Assembly: GCA_028864975.1 (NCBI GenBank)
Contig: JAGWLG010000049.1
Location: 1 to 14,971, forward strand
Length of the DNA stretch: 14,971 bases
DNA from: Thermoplasmata archaeon
Lineage (GTDB): Archaea; Thermoplasmatota; Thermoplasmata; Lutacidiplasmatales; UBA184
Direction: 5' to 3'
Shown here: piece after piece, positions 7,464 to 14,913 of the stretch
Layout: the number at the start of each line of letters is the position of its first letter
Numbering within the stretch: the first letter of the stretch is position 1
The notes under the pieces: model-generated
Told to the model about the DNA's origin: nothing
The model's database searches: none
Seen by the model: the letters and a program-made list of their open reading frames with translations, nothing else
Made by a program: the position numbers and the translations under genes

Positions 7464-8852
7464 CTAAGGTCGGAGGCGATCGAACCCCGCTTCCAGGTCG
7501 GTGAGCGCAAAGACCTTCCCCCCTTCCTGGGCCAACAGCTCCTCGGCCCCCGGAGCGACCGGCCCTCGGGCGACCCAGAAGGGTCGCACGGGGAGGTGAT
7601 CGGTGCGCTCCAGGAGAAGGACCTTCCTCCGAAGGCCGCGCACGTCCGCTTCCGACACGGGCCGCTGGGACCAGGTCACCTCCCCTGCCCAGATCTCCTT
7701 CGCCGAGCGCCCGACCAGGTCGATCTCCTCCCCCACGCGGTTCCACCAGCGCCCGACCTCCGTGAATCGAGGGACGCCGGCGAACCGTCCCTCACGGGGG
7801 GCCTCCCGGAGGGCCTCGCGTGCGACGTCCTCGAACACCTTCCCCACGTAGCCGTCGAGCTCGCCGCGGACCTGCGCCCAGGCCTCTCGACCGTGTCCGG
7901 AGTCGATGCTGGCTCGGAGCGGGACGATGAACCGGTAGTAGAAGCGAAAGAAGGGGTCATGGACCTGGTAGCGCGTTCGCTTGGAGAGACCACAGATGGG
8001 GGTTTCGGCCTCGAGGAGGTCGAGGTCGCCGCTCAGGAGCCGCAGGTAGGGGGCGAGGCCCCCCGAGGCGACCCCGAGCCGAGATTCGAGCTCGCGGACC
8101 GAGCGCCCTCCGCGCGCCACCTCGCTCAGGATGCTGTGGTAGCGCGTCGGCTCCCGGGTCTCCTCGGCGAGGAGCCCTTGCGGCTCGTCCAGGAGCGGGA
8201 GCCCCGGCTCGAGCATCGAGGCCCGCAGAGCCTCCTCTCGCGATCGCCCCACGCTTTGCTGGTGGTAGTACGGGGTTCGGCCGAAGATCGCGAAGCGCAC
8301 GACACGCTCAGGCTCCTTGAGCTCAGGGTAGAGGAGCCGCACCGCCGCGTAGGAGAAAGGGTGGAGGTGGAGGTCGCGGGTCAGCCGTCCGTAGAACGGA
8401 CCCGACCGATACCGCGAGAGCGCCTGCATCATCCCCACGCTGCTACCGGAGACGACGAGGTGAGGGCCCTGCTCGTGCCAGCGGGCTTCCCAACGGCGCT
8501 GGACCTGACCCGCGACATGGAGGTCGCGTCCGATCAGGTTCTGGAACTCGTCGAGGATGACGCTCCTGGCCCCCGACCGCTCGAGCTCGTCCAGGAACCC
8601 CTCCCAGGTGGGATCCGGGGGGACCGGGCGACGGGTCGCGAGCGCGAGCTGGGACCAGAGCGCCCGCAGTTGGACCTCCCGTTCCCCCGGGTCCGCGACC
8701 AGGTAGAGGGCGCCGGTCGTGGGGAGGATCTCTCGGAGGAGGGCGGTCTTCCCCACGCGCCGTCGTCCCGCCACTCGGACGAACTGCGGAGGTCGTGCCG
8801 TGAGTAGGTTCTGAAGGAGCTCCCGCTCGGAGGACCGGTCAACAAACTTCAC
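7464..8852 (-). CDS. Archaeal AAA+ ATPase (COG1672 type) with wHTH and C-terminal DUF234 nuclease-like domain
   Basis: MKFVDR..E, Walker A GRRRVGKT, Walker B VILDEFQ, LVVSGSS, PFYGR, DPFFRFYYRF, GKVFE, GRWW...EEIDLV. Confidence 0.92.
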   Translation of the reverse strand: MKFVDRSSERELLQNLLTARPPQFVRVAGRRRVGKTALLREILPTTGALYLVADPGEREVQLRALWSQLALATRRPVPPDPTWEGFLDELERSGARSVILDEFQNLIGRDLHVAGQVQRRWEARWHEQGPHLVVSGSSVGMMQALSRYRSGPFYGRLTRDLHLHPFSYAAVRLLYPELKEPERVVRFAIFGRTPYYHQQSVGRSREEALRASMLEPGLPLLDEPQGLLAEETREPTRYHSILSEVARGGRSVRELESRLGVASGGLAPYLRLLSGDLDLLEAETPICGLSKRTRYQVHDPFFRFYYRFIVPLRASIDSGHGREAWAQVRGELDGYVGKVFEDVAREALREAPREGRFAGVPRFTEVGRWWNRVGEEIDLVGRSAKEIWAGEVTWSQRPVSEADVRGLRRKVLLLERTDHLPVRPFWVARGPVAPGAEELLAQEGGKVFALTDLEAGFDRLRP

Positions 8853-8862
8853 GACGTTGGAT

Positions 8863-8876
8863 TATCATTAATGATA
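8863..8876. promoter_or_regulatory. Perfect 14-bp AT-rich palindrome upstream of the ATPase gene
   Basis: TATCATTAATGATA, 11 nt upstream of GTG 8852, inside an AT-rich island (about 8857-8897). Confidence 0.6.
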
Positions 8877-9530
8877 TTTTAGATTATGGTATTTCTGTGG
8901 CTGGTCACTCGAGGGAGGTCGACCCTGTCGGGACTTGCTGGGGACGAACAGGCAGGGAGGACCTCTCAGGTCCCTTCGGAGCCCCTCTCCCCGTCGGCAT
9001 AGCCGCTCGAGGTAGGTCAGCTCCCCCTCCCCCCAGGGAACGATGAGGTAACCTCCCTCCACGAGCTGATGGGCCAAGGCGGCCGGTAGGGCTCCCCTCA
9101 CGGCGTAGGAGACGACGATGCGGTCGAAGGGTCCCTCCTGGGGCCAGCCTTCCTCGCCGTCACCGATCCTCACTCGGACCTCGCGCCCGGGCGCGATCGA
9201 CCTCAGCGTCCGCTCGGACCGCTCAGCCAGCTCGCGTTCGAACTCCACGCCGCGGACCTTCCCTCCCGGGACCACCAGGAGGTCGAGCAGGGCCAGCAGG
9301 TACCCACACCCGCTGCCCACTTCAAGCACCTTCAGCCCGGGGGAGAGCAAAGCCCACTCCAACTGGAGCGCGACCATGTGGGGAGCGGAGATCGTCGCCT
9401 CGGGTCCGACGGGCAGAGGGGTGTCGGCGTAGGCTTGCTCCCGCCACCGCTCGTCGAGGAAGAGATGGCGAGGGACGAGGGAGAGGGCCCTCCGGACCCG
9501 GGCGTCGGAGCAGTCGACCTCGGCCGCCAT
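8868..9530 (-). CDS. pcm: Protein-L-isoaspartate O-methyltransferase
   Basis: VPRHLF, AYADTPLPVG..ATISAPHMVA, SAM motif VLEVGSGCGY, GDG..GW....PFDRIVV, LIVPWG. ATG 9530 is the first canonical start after the rlmE stop, but the true start may lie slightly upstream. Confidence 0.92.
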   Translation of the reverse strand: MAAEVDCSDARVRRALSLVPRHLFLDERWREQAYADTPLPVGPEATISAPHMVALQLEWALLSPGLKVLEVGSGCGYLLALLDLLVVPGGKVRGVEFERELAERSERTLRSIAPGREVRVRIGDGEEGWPQEGPFDRIVVSYAVRGALPAALAHQLVEGGYLIVPWGEGELTYLERLCRRGEGLRRDLRGPPCLFVPSKSRQGRPPSSDQPQKYHNLKYH

Positions 9531-9603
9531 GCGCCGAGCACGGCTCCTCCACTCGGGCAGGAAGGGGTCGGCCGGGGGCGGGTCCAGCGGGATGGGGCCC
9601 TCT

Positions 9604-10269
9604 CTACGCCGCGTTCCTATCCTCCGCCGGGGAGGGGGGCGAGGGCTCCTCGGAAGGCGCGCCGACAGGCGCTCGGGCGCCACGGAACCTCCGACCGATG
9701 AGGTACATCTCGGAGGAGGCATCGCGAGAGGCCGGGGGCTTGGTCGCGTCCACGCGCTCGAAGAGCGTTCCCATCTTGCGTCGAAGCTCCTCGGTCAGGT
9801 CCCCCTGGAAGACCTTGACGGCGATGCTCCCCCCGGGGCGGAGGACCTTCTCGGCGAGGCCGAGGGCCAGCTCGGCGAGCTCGACGCTCCGCGCGTGGTC
9901 GACGTCGTAGTTCCCGCTCACGGAGGGAGCCATGTCCGACAGGCAGACATCGAACGGTTCCTTCCCCAGCCGCTCGATCACGCGGGGGTCGCCTACGCGG
10001 CCCCGGATGAACGTCACCCCGTCGATGGGCTCGAAAGCGCGAAGGTCGACGCTCACGACCTCTCCCTGGCGCCCCGCCAGGTCCCGGGCCACGAGACTCC
10101 ACCCCCCGGGAGAGGCGCCCAGGTCCAAGATGCGCTGTCCCGGCCGGAGGAGGTGGAACCGGTCCTGAAGGAAGAGCAGCTTGAAGGCCGCCCTCGAGCG
10201 AAGGCCCTCTCGCTGCGCGGCCCGGTAGTAGGGGTCCCGTCTTCGCTCGGCGGCCCAGCGGGGGGTCAC
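9604..10269 (-). CDS. rlmE: 23S rRNA (U2552-2'-O)-methyltransferase RlmE/FtsJ
   Basis: DPYYRAA.REGLRSRAAFKL, ILDLGASPGGWS, LSDMAP, AVKVFQG and SSEMY supply the K-D-K-E tetrad. GTG 10269 has CTTATG about 25 nt upstream (10292-10297). Confidence 0.95.
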   Translation of the reverse strand: MTPRWAAERRRDPYYRAAQREGLRSRAAFKLLFLQDRFHLLRPGQRILDLGASPGGWSLVARDLAGRQGEVVSVDLRAFEPIDGVTFIRGRVGDPRVIERLGKEPFDVCLSDMAPSVSGNYDVDHARSVELAELALGLAEKVLRPGGSIAVKVFQGDLTEELRRKMGTLFERVDATKPPASRDASSEMYLIGRRFRGARAPVGAPSEEPSPPSPAEDRNAA

Positions 10270-10523
10270 AGCGGGAGGGAAGCCCCCAGGGCATAAGGGC
10301 GGTCGGGGGCGCGGGTTGAGGGCCCCCTCCCTCCACGGCGAGGACCCTGGGAAGGTCTGCCAGTCCGCGATCCCCCACCGGGAAGTGATGGAACTTCCCG
10401 AGCTCTTCCTGGTGGGACACCCCCGGTACGCCGTCGCCCACGTGGGCCTCGGTATGGTCAGGAGAGCACCGTCCCGACCTCTGGCGCATGCACATCTCAC
10501 GGAACCACGGGGTCCCCTTCGAC

Positions 10524-10530
10524 TTCAAAA
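10524..10530 (+). promoter_or_regulatory. Putative TATA box for the tRNA-like gene
   Basis: TTCAAAA at -29..-23 relative to 10553. Confidence 0.5.
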
Positions 10531-10552
10531 CCCCCGGCCGCACGACTTGCAT

Positions 10553-10664
10553 GCCGGGGTGCCCGAGCGGCAAGGGGACCGAGGCTGCGTCGACGGTCAG
10601 GCGCCATGGCGCCGCCTCGGCGGGGCGTGACGTCGCCTCGCGGGTTCAAATCCCGCCCCCGGCA
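10553..10664 (+). tRNA. tRNA-like gene with a type II (Ser/Leu-like) body and an expanded anticodon loop; anticodon undetermined
   Basis: Acceptor GCCGGGG/CCCCGGC plus A discriminator. D arm TGCCCGAGCGGCAAGGGG. T arm GCGGG-TTCAAAT-CCCGC. Long variable arm GGGGCG/CGCCTC. Anticodon-arm stem CCGAGGC/GCCTCGG encloses 28 nt. Confidence 0.72.
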
Positions 10665-10814
10665 CATAGCCCTTTCCCGAAACTCCGACGGTGAGTCTCT
10701 CGCCGTTCTGAGGGTGCATTGACGAGTGCACGGAGTTCCGTGCATCTGGAGTCGCTCAAGATGAAGTCTGGACGCCGGAATGGGGCCTCCCAAGAATGGG
10801 GGGAAAGGGTTCTG

Positions 10815-10838
10815 CCCCCCGCCCCGGAGGGCGGGGGG
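10815..10838. terminator. Strong GC hairpin between the tRNA-like gene and the secreted-protein gene (possible terminator)
   Basis: CCCCCCGCCC-CGGA-GGGCGGGGGG: 10-bp perfect stem with a 4-nt loop, about 50 nt past the stop at 10890. Confidence 0.45.
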
Positions 10839-10889
10839 AGGAAGAGGTTGGACCGCTGGCTGCCTGTACGCTTCTTCTTGCCGCTGTGC

Positions 10890-11540
10890 CTACGGACAAG
10901 TTGTGGTCGAACCACAGTTGTTCAGGATCACGGTCACCGATGTAATTGTGGGCATTGACGTAAGTGTGCCGAGGTCGATGAACACCGTCTCTCCAATCGA
11001 GCTAGGCGGGGAGCTCGAAGGGATGGCTCCCTGCCCAAGGTATCCGTATCCAACAGCGGTGGCTGCTGGAGAGGACATGATGACAATTATTTCGATGTCA
11101 AACGCGTTGTTCGCGGAGCCGGTGGTTGCCAGAGCGACGGTCATCGGAACCTCCTCGAAGTAGTCTCCGGCTGTAGGAACGTTGGTACCGCTGGCTTGTG
11201 TGTCTTGGTAGGCGGTACAGCCTGACGTGGTACAGAGCGCTTGAGCAGTGCCGTCGAAGCCAACAGTGCTAGTGGTCTGGGTCCCCGCCGCCTGACCTGG
11301 CAGCGTGCCAAGGGTTAGCGTCTGCAGACTACCCATCGTCACTCCCGGAGCGGTACTAGAGCTGGCCGTGCCACCGCTTGTACCCTGGCCTGTCGGAAAC
11401 GACAAGGTTGTCGTGAACGCGGCCAGCGCGAACCCCCCCACCATCGCCAGCATGCTGACAATGGTCGCCACATATACGCTGGATCGCCGAATTCTCCGTC
11501 GAGTGGTCGTCTTCGGTCCGTTCGCTTCCATTCTTCTCAT
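10890..11540 (-). CDS. Secreted/surface Thr-Ser-Gly-rich protein with N-terminal signal peptide
   Basis: 216 aa from ATG 11540, preceded by AAGGAGTG. Basic n-region RRRIRR, hydrophobic VYVATIVSMLAMVGGFALA, and two Cys pairs (CTTSGC, CGSTTTC). TTTATTA at 11650-11656 is a candidate TATA. The track ORF start at 11732 looks over-extended. Confidence 0.8.
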   Translation of the reverse strand: MRRMEANGPKTTTRRRIRRSSVYVATIVSMLAMVGGFALAAFTTTLSFPTGQGTSGGTASSSTAPGVTMGSLQTLTLGTLPGQAAGTQTTSTVGFDGTAQALCTTSGCTAYQDTQASGTNVPTAGDYFEEVPMTVALATTGSANNAFDIEIIVIMSSPAATAVGYGYLGQGAIPSSSPPSSIGETVFIDLGTLTSMPTITSVTVILNNCGSTTTCP

Positions 11541-12063
11541 CACTCCTTCTTGTTTCGTCTCGCCAAGGCTCCCCTGAACCCGGCCCCCCGAGGAAAACAG
11601 GGACGGGTCCGTCTCGACCCCCAGCGAAGGAAGTAATCGTCGTAGGGGGTAATAAACGCCCCGAGGGGGGCCGGACGACGGCGGCGACAGCCACCCCCGT
11701 GAGGGCGCTGGCGGGAGAGACCGCCCGCGCAACGTCCGAAGGGTGCGCTGACGCCATCGAGCGCATCTCGAAGGCGCTGGGACCGGCTTCCGTTACCTCA
11801 CCCTGGAGGCCGACGCGCCCGACGCGCGGCCGGCGGAGCCCGTCCGACGGCGAGCTCGTTGAACGGAAGACACCCGCCGCGTCCCTCTCCTGGCACCTCA
11901 GAAGAGGACTTCGAGGTTGGCGCCAGCGAGGCTGTGCAAGGTTCCGTGGGCCTGAGGGGTCCATGGAGAACGTTTCGCCTTCGATGCGCAACCGGTACGC
12001 CGTTGCAGAAGGGGGTCTCAAATCGCCGGGGTCACGAGGCCTCCAAGGCGCCGCTCCCTGGAT

Positions 12064-12095
12064 GGCCCTGGTATTGACTGAGAACAACTTCTTTC
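12064..12095 (+). repeat. Left terminal inverted repeat
   Basis: GGCCCTGGTATTGACTGAGAACAACTTCTTTC. Confidence 0.9.
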
Positions 12096-12129
12096 GCGTT
12101 TTCCCCGTTTCTCCGATAGTGGAGCCGTC

Positions 12130-14820
12130 CTAGGTGAACCCCTGTTTCCCCATCAGGGCCACGTGGTCCCACATCACGGGCGTGGCCGCAGGGATCTTTC
12201 GTAGCTTCGAGCCGTACCTCTTGGCCGTCCAGAACACGATTGAGTTCATCAGCAGGACCCGGCACAGGACGTTCACCTCCTGGCGACGTGGGTCCCGGGT
12301 TTGCATTCGGCCCGCGTGACCCCAGTTCACATCCGTCTCGAAGAAGTTCCACCGCTCCACCCGGTTGCACGACTCCCGCACCTGGCGCCGGAGATCGGGG
12401 GAGAGGGCGTACCTCAGGACGTAGATGGTACGCACGGCCTTCCCCAGCTCCCGAAGGGCCTCGCTGACGTTCCTCCCCTCCTCGTCGTAGATGTTCCAGG
12501 CCCGGAGAACGTCCCGGGCGTGGACCTTGCCCTCCTGCAACGCCTTCACCAACCGCGCCAGCGAGGGGAGCGCACGCTCGATCTTTCGCCAGTCGATCTG
12601 TCCCACCCCCTCGACGGGAAGTCCCTCCGCGGACCCGTCATAGTAGAGCTTCACCTTCCCGAGGCCACGGAAGCGGGCCATGATCCTCTTGCCCATCAGG
12701 AGGGAGAGCGCCCACAGCGCCAGGTGTTGCCCGTGCGTGTCTCCGGCCGCCCATTCCGGGCTCGTCCCTCCGAAGGGCTCGAGAATCGAGGAGAGAAGGT
12801 ACCACGATTCCCATTCCCTCGGCGAGATCAGCCCCATCTGCACGGCGATGCCATCGTTCCGAATCATCCAGTACACGGTCATCCCCACCTTCTTGTGCCG
12901 AGGGTGGAAGCCCGACTGGAGCGTTTTCTCCGAGGAGATCACGGACTTCCCGTCCGCCGCCGACCCTTTCCCGTCTCCCCACGGGAGTCCCAGCCTCTCC
13001 CGCTCCCAGGCCTCCAGCAACTGTCGAAGGGCCACCCGCAACGCCGGCGCGGTCAGATGGACCTCATCGAAGTTCTTCAGCTTCCCCACGGTCATCCGCT
13101 TGGAGAAGAGGCCGGACATCGCCCGGACCCCCACGTCCATGGCCCGGGCCAGGATGCAGGCGATGGCCTGGGTCTCCCGCTCCAGCTTCGGCAGTCGTCG
13201 CGCCTCGGGATGCTTTGGGGCGAACGCCTCCAGGAAGTCTGTCCACCCGTGAACGTCACGGAGTACTCTGGCAGGGGTGACGTCCGGGACACCGCTTAGG
13301 AATCGTTGCCGGGCGCGCTCGTTGGCCCGCTCCTGCGCTTTCTCCCACTTCCGTGACGGGCGTCGCCCGATCAGTCGTCCACCTTCGATGGCCAGGCCTC
13401 GTGGAGCTTGCGCCAACTCCGTCCATGTCTGTCCGATCTCCCGTCGAATCGTCGCCAGGGCCTCGACGAGAGGGGCCGGGGAGGAAGGGCTCACGTCTCG
13501 CATGGGCTTCCATTCGTCCCTGAACTGACGGGAGGCGGGGCAGACCACCCTTCTGGCCCACAGCATGTCGGCCAGCGTGAGCAGGACGATGGTGTCGAAG
13601 ACACGACGCTCGGTCATCAGCTCGTCCGGGACAGGGAGGAATCTCAGGCGCCACCGGAGGTGGGCCGGAACGGGTGTTCGGAAGGGCTGCACCTCGAGGA
13701 CCTCCGGGAGGATGGCCACCACGGTTCGTGCGTGGGCGTCCTTCCCCTCGAAGGCAACGCCTCGCAGGTGGGGGACCATCTGTCGGGCGACGACGGCCTT
13801 CCTGGCGAGGATGCGGTAGAAACCCCGGCGGGAGCGTACCTCCTTCTCATGCTCGGCCAGGGTCCTGGCCAAGGGCCGGAACCGGTGGAACCTCTTGGGG
13901 GGGCCGGCCCGGGTCGAGCCCAGAAGGGCTCGATAGAGGGGCTGGAACTTGAGGTCCCCGCGCTCGAAGAGGGCTTGGCTGGCCTCGGCGATGCTCTCCT
14001 TCGCCTGCTTCTTGGACCTCTTGCGGATCGAGCTGCACCGCCGCGCGAAGATGTACAGGCAGTTGTCCAAGGCCTGCTGGCCACGGAACGCGAGGTAGAA
14101 TCGATGGGCGTGGAGGACCTGTTTCTCCTCCCAACGGTCCAGGGTGCTGTTGGCCCTGCGTTCGAAGAAGTCGTAGAGCTCCTCGCAGGCGGGGTGGTCG
14201 AGGAGGCGTTCTTGGGAGAGCCCCATGGACCGGAGGGTCTCCTGGACCTCCCGCCGGCAGGTGCTCTCCGCGACGAGCCTGTCGAGGTTGGGCTTGCCGT
14301 GAGCCGCAGGAGGAAAGCGCAGAAGCTCTCGAACCACGACGACCCTACGTGGAAGAGCCCGTCGTGACATCGCGGTCCCGGCTGCGCGGGCAAGGAAGGC
14401 CTGTCGTTCGAGTCGAGACTGGCGGTGGAGCCTGCCGCGGAGCGTCTGGAGGAATCTCCGAAGGCGGTCGGGCGTGGGTGGGATCGCCCCGCGTCTCGAA
14501 AGGTAGCGGCCTGCCGTCGTGACGACGGAACGCGCAGGGGCCGCGGAGTCCCAAGCCCCCTCGGCGACCCCTTCCGCGAGGATCCGGAGGAGCGCGGTGG
14601 GATGGAATCGCCGGAATCGGTGGTCCTTGCAGAAGGTCGTCCAGACCCGGCTGTAGGTGGCTGGGGAGGGATTCGAGAGTTTGGCCTTCAGCGCGGTGGG
14701 GAGCCTGTGGCGCCGTTCTTCCAGGCCTCGGCAGAACATGGGGTACGTGACCCGGGTTGAGCCGTCCCAGAGCCTGTCGACGGTTGAACGATAGGCTGCC
14801 CACCGATCCAGAGGCCCCAC
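12130..14820 (-). CDS. tnpA: Tn3-family DDE transposase (TnpA-like)
   Basis: 896 aa, uninterrupted. Tn3 core motifs WGDG..SAADG (D codon 12952-12954), GFHPRH, REWESWYLL, GDTHG (D codon 12739-12741), ARFRGL..VKLY, ALRELGKAVRTIYVLRY....LRRQV...CNRVE (E codon 12355-12357), L.NSIVFW. Confidence 0.9.
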   Translation of the reverse strand: MGPLDRWAAYRSTVDRLWDGSTRVTYPMFCRGLEERRHRLPTALKAKLSNPSPATYSRVWTTFCKDHRFRRFHPTALLRILAEGVAEGAWDSAAPARSVVTTAGRYLSRRGAIPPTPDRLRRFLQTLRGRLHRQSRLERQAFLARAAGTAMSRRALPRRVVVVRELLRFPPAAHGKPNLDRLVAESTCRREVQETLRSMGLSQERLLDHPACEELYDFFERRANSTLDRWEEKQVLHAHRFYLAFRGQQALDNCLYIFARRCSSIRKRSKKQAKESIAEASQALFERGDLKFQPLYRALLGSTRAGPPKRFHRFRPLARTLAEHEKEVRSRRGFYRILARKAVVARQMVPHLRGVAFEGKDAHARTVVAILPEVLEVQPFRTPVPAHLRWRLRFLPVPDELMTERRVFDTIVLLTLADMLWARRVVCPASRQFRDEWKPMRDVSPSSPAPLVEALATIRREIGQTWTELAQAPRGLAIEGGRLIGRRPSRKWEKAQERANERARQRFLSGVPDVTPARVLRDVHGWTDFLEAFAPKHPEARRLPKLERETQAIACILARAMDVGVRAMSGLFSKRMTVGKLKNFDEVHLTAPALRVALRQLLEAWERERLGLPWGDGKGSAADGKSVISSEKTLQSGFHPRHKKVGMTVYWMIRNDGIAVQMGLISPREWESWYLLSSILEPFGGTSPEWAAGDTHGQHLALWALSLLMGKRIMARFRGLGKVKLYYDGSAEGLPVEGVGQIDWRKIERALPSLARLVKALQEGKVHARDVLRAWNIYDEEGRNVSEALRELGKAVRTIYVLRYALSPDLRRQVRESCNRVERWNFFETDVNWGHAGRMQTRDPRRQEVNVLCRVLLMNSIVFWTAKRYGSKLRKIPAATPVMWDHVALMGKQGFT

Positions 14821-14881
14821 CCATCCCCTGGTGTAGGGCCCGGCGGCATGGAGATGATGGCGCCCGGTCGCGGAATAATCT

Positions 14882-14913
14882 GAAAGGAATAGTGCTCAGT
14901 CAATACCAGGGCC
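14882..14913 (-). repeat. Right terminal inverted repeat
   Basis: Reverse complement GGCCCTGGTATTGACTGAGCACTATTCCTTTC; four mismatches to the left TIR. Confidence 0.9.

Larger units (their letters stand above)
12064..14913 (-). mobile_element. Tn3-family, IS-like element (transposase only), 2850 bp, with TIRs and an apparent 4-bp TSD
   Basis: 32-bp imperfect terminal inverted repeats (28/32 identical, outer 19 identical) bracket a single transposase ORF. GGAT flanks both ends (12060-12063 and 14914-14917). Confidence 0.9.

Noticed and set aside
7122-8807. Long plus-strand ORFs antisense to real genes (7122..8807, 5812..7068, 13408..14367 and similar)
   Set aside because: Typical stop-poor shadow ORFs of high-GC DNA, lying opposite well-supported genes and with no motifs.
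10523-10530. CTTCAAA as a selenocysteine tRNA anticodon loop
   Set aside because: No flanking anticodon stem or tRNA-Sec arms. Its position fits a TATA box for the downstream tRNA-like gene.
12011-12035. GGGGTCTC and GGGGTCAC motifs (also 14918-14925) as canonical Tn3 GGGG ends or ORB-like G-strings
   Set aside because: They are in direct orientation with no inverted partner in the window, lie outside the clear TIR pair, and lack the rest of an ORB consensus.
11699-12133. 144-aa plus-strand ORF as a gene interrupted by the transposon
   Set aside because: No recognisable motif, mixed codon pattern, and it runs through the left TIR. It cannot be supported without homology data.
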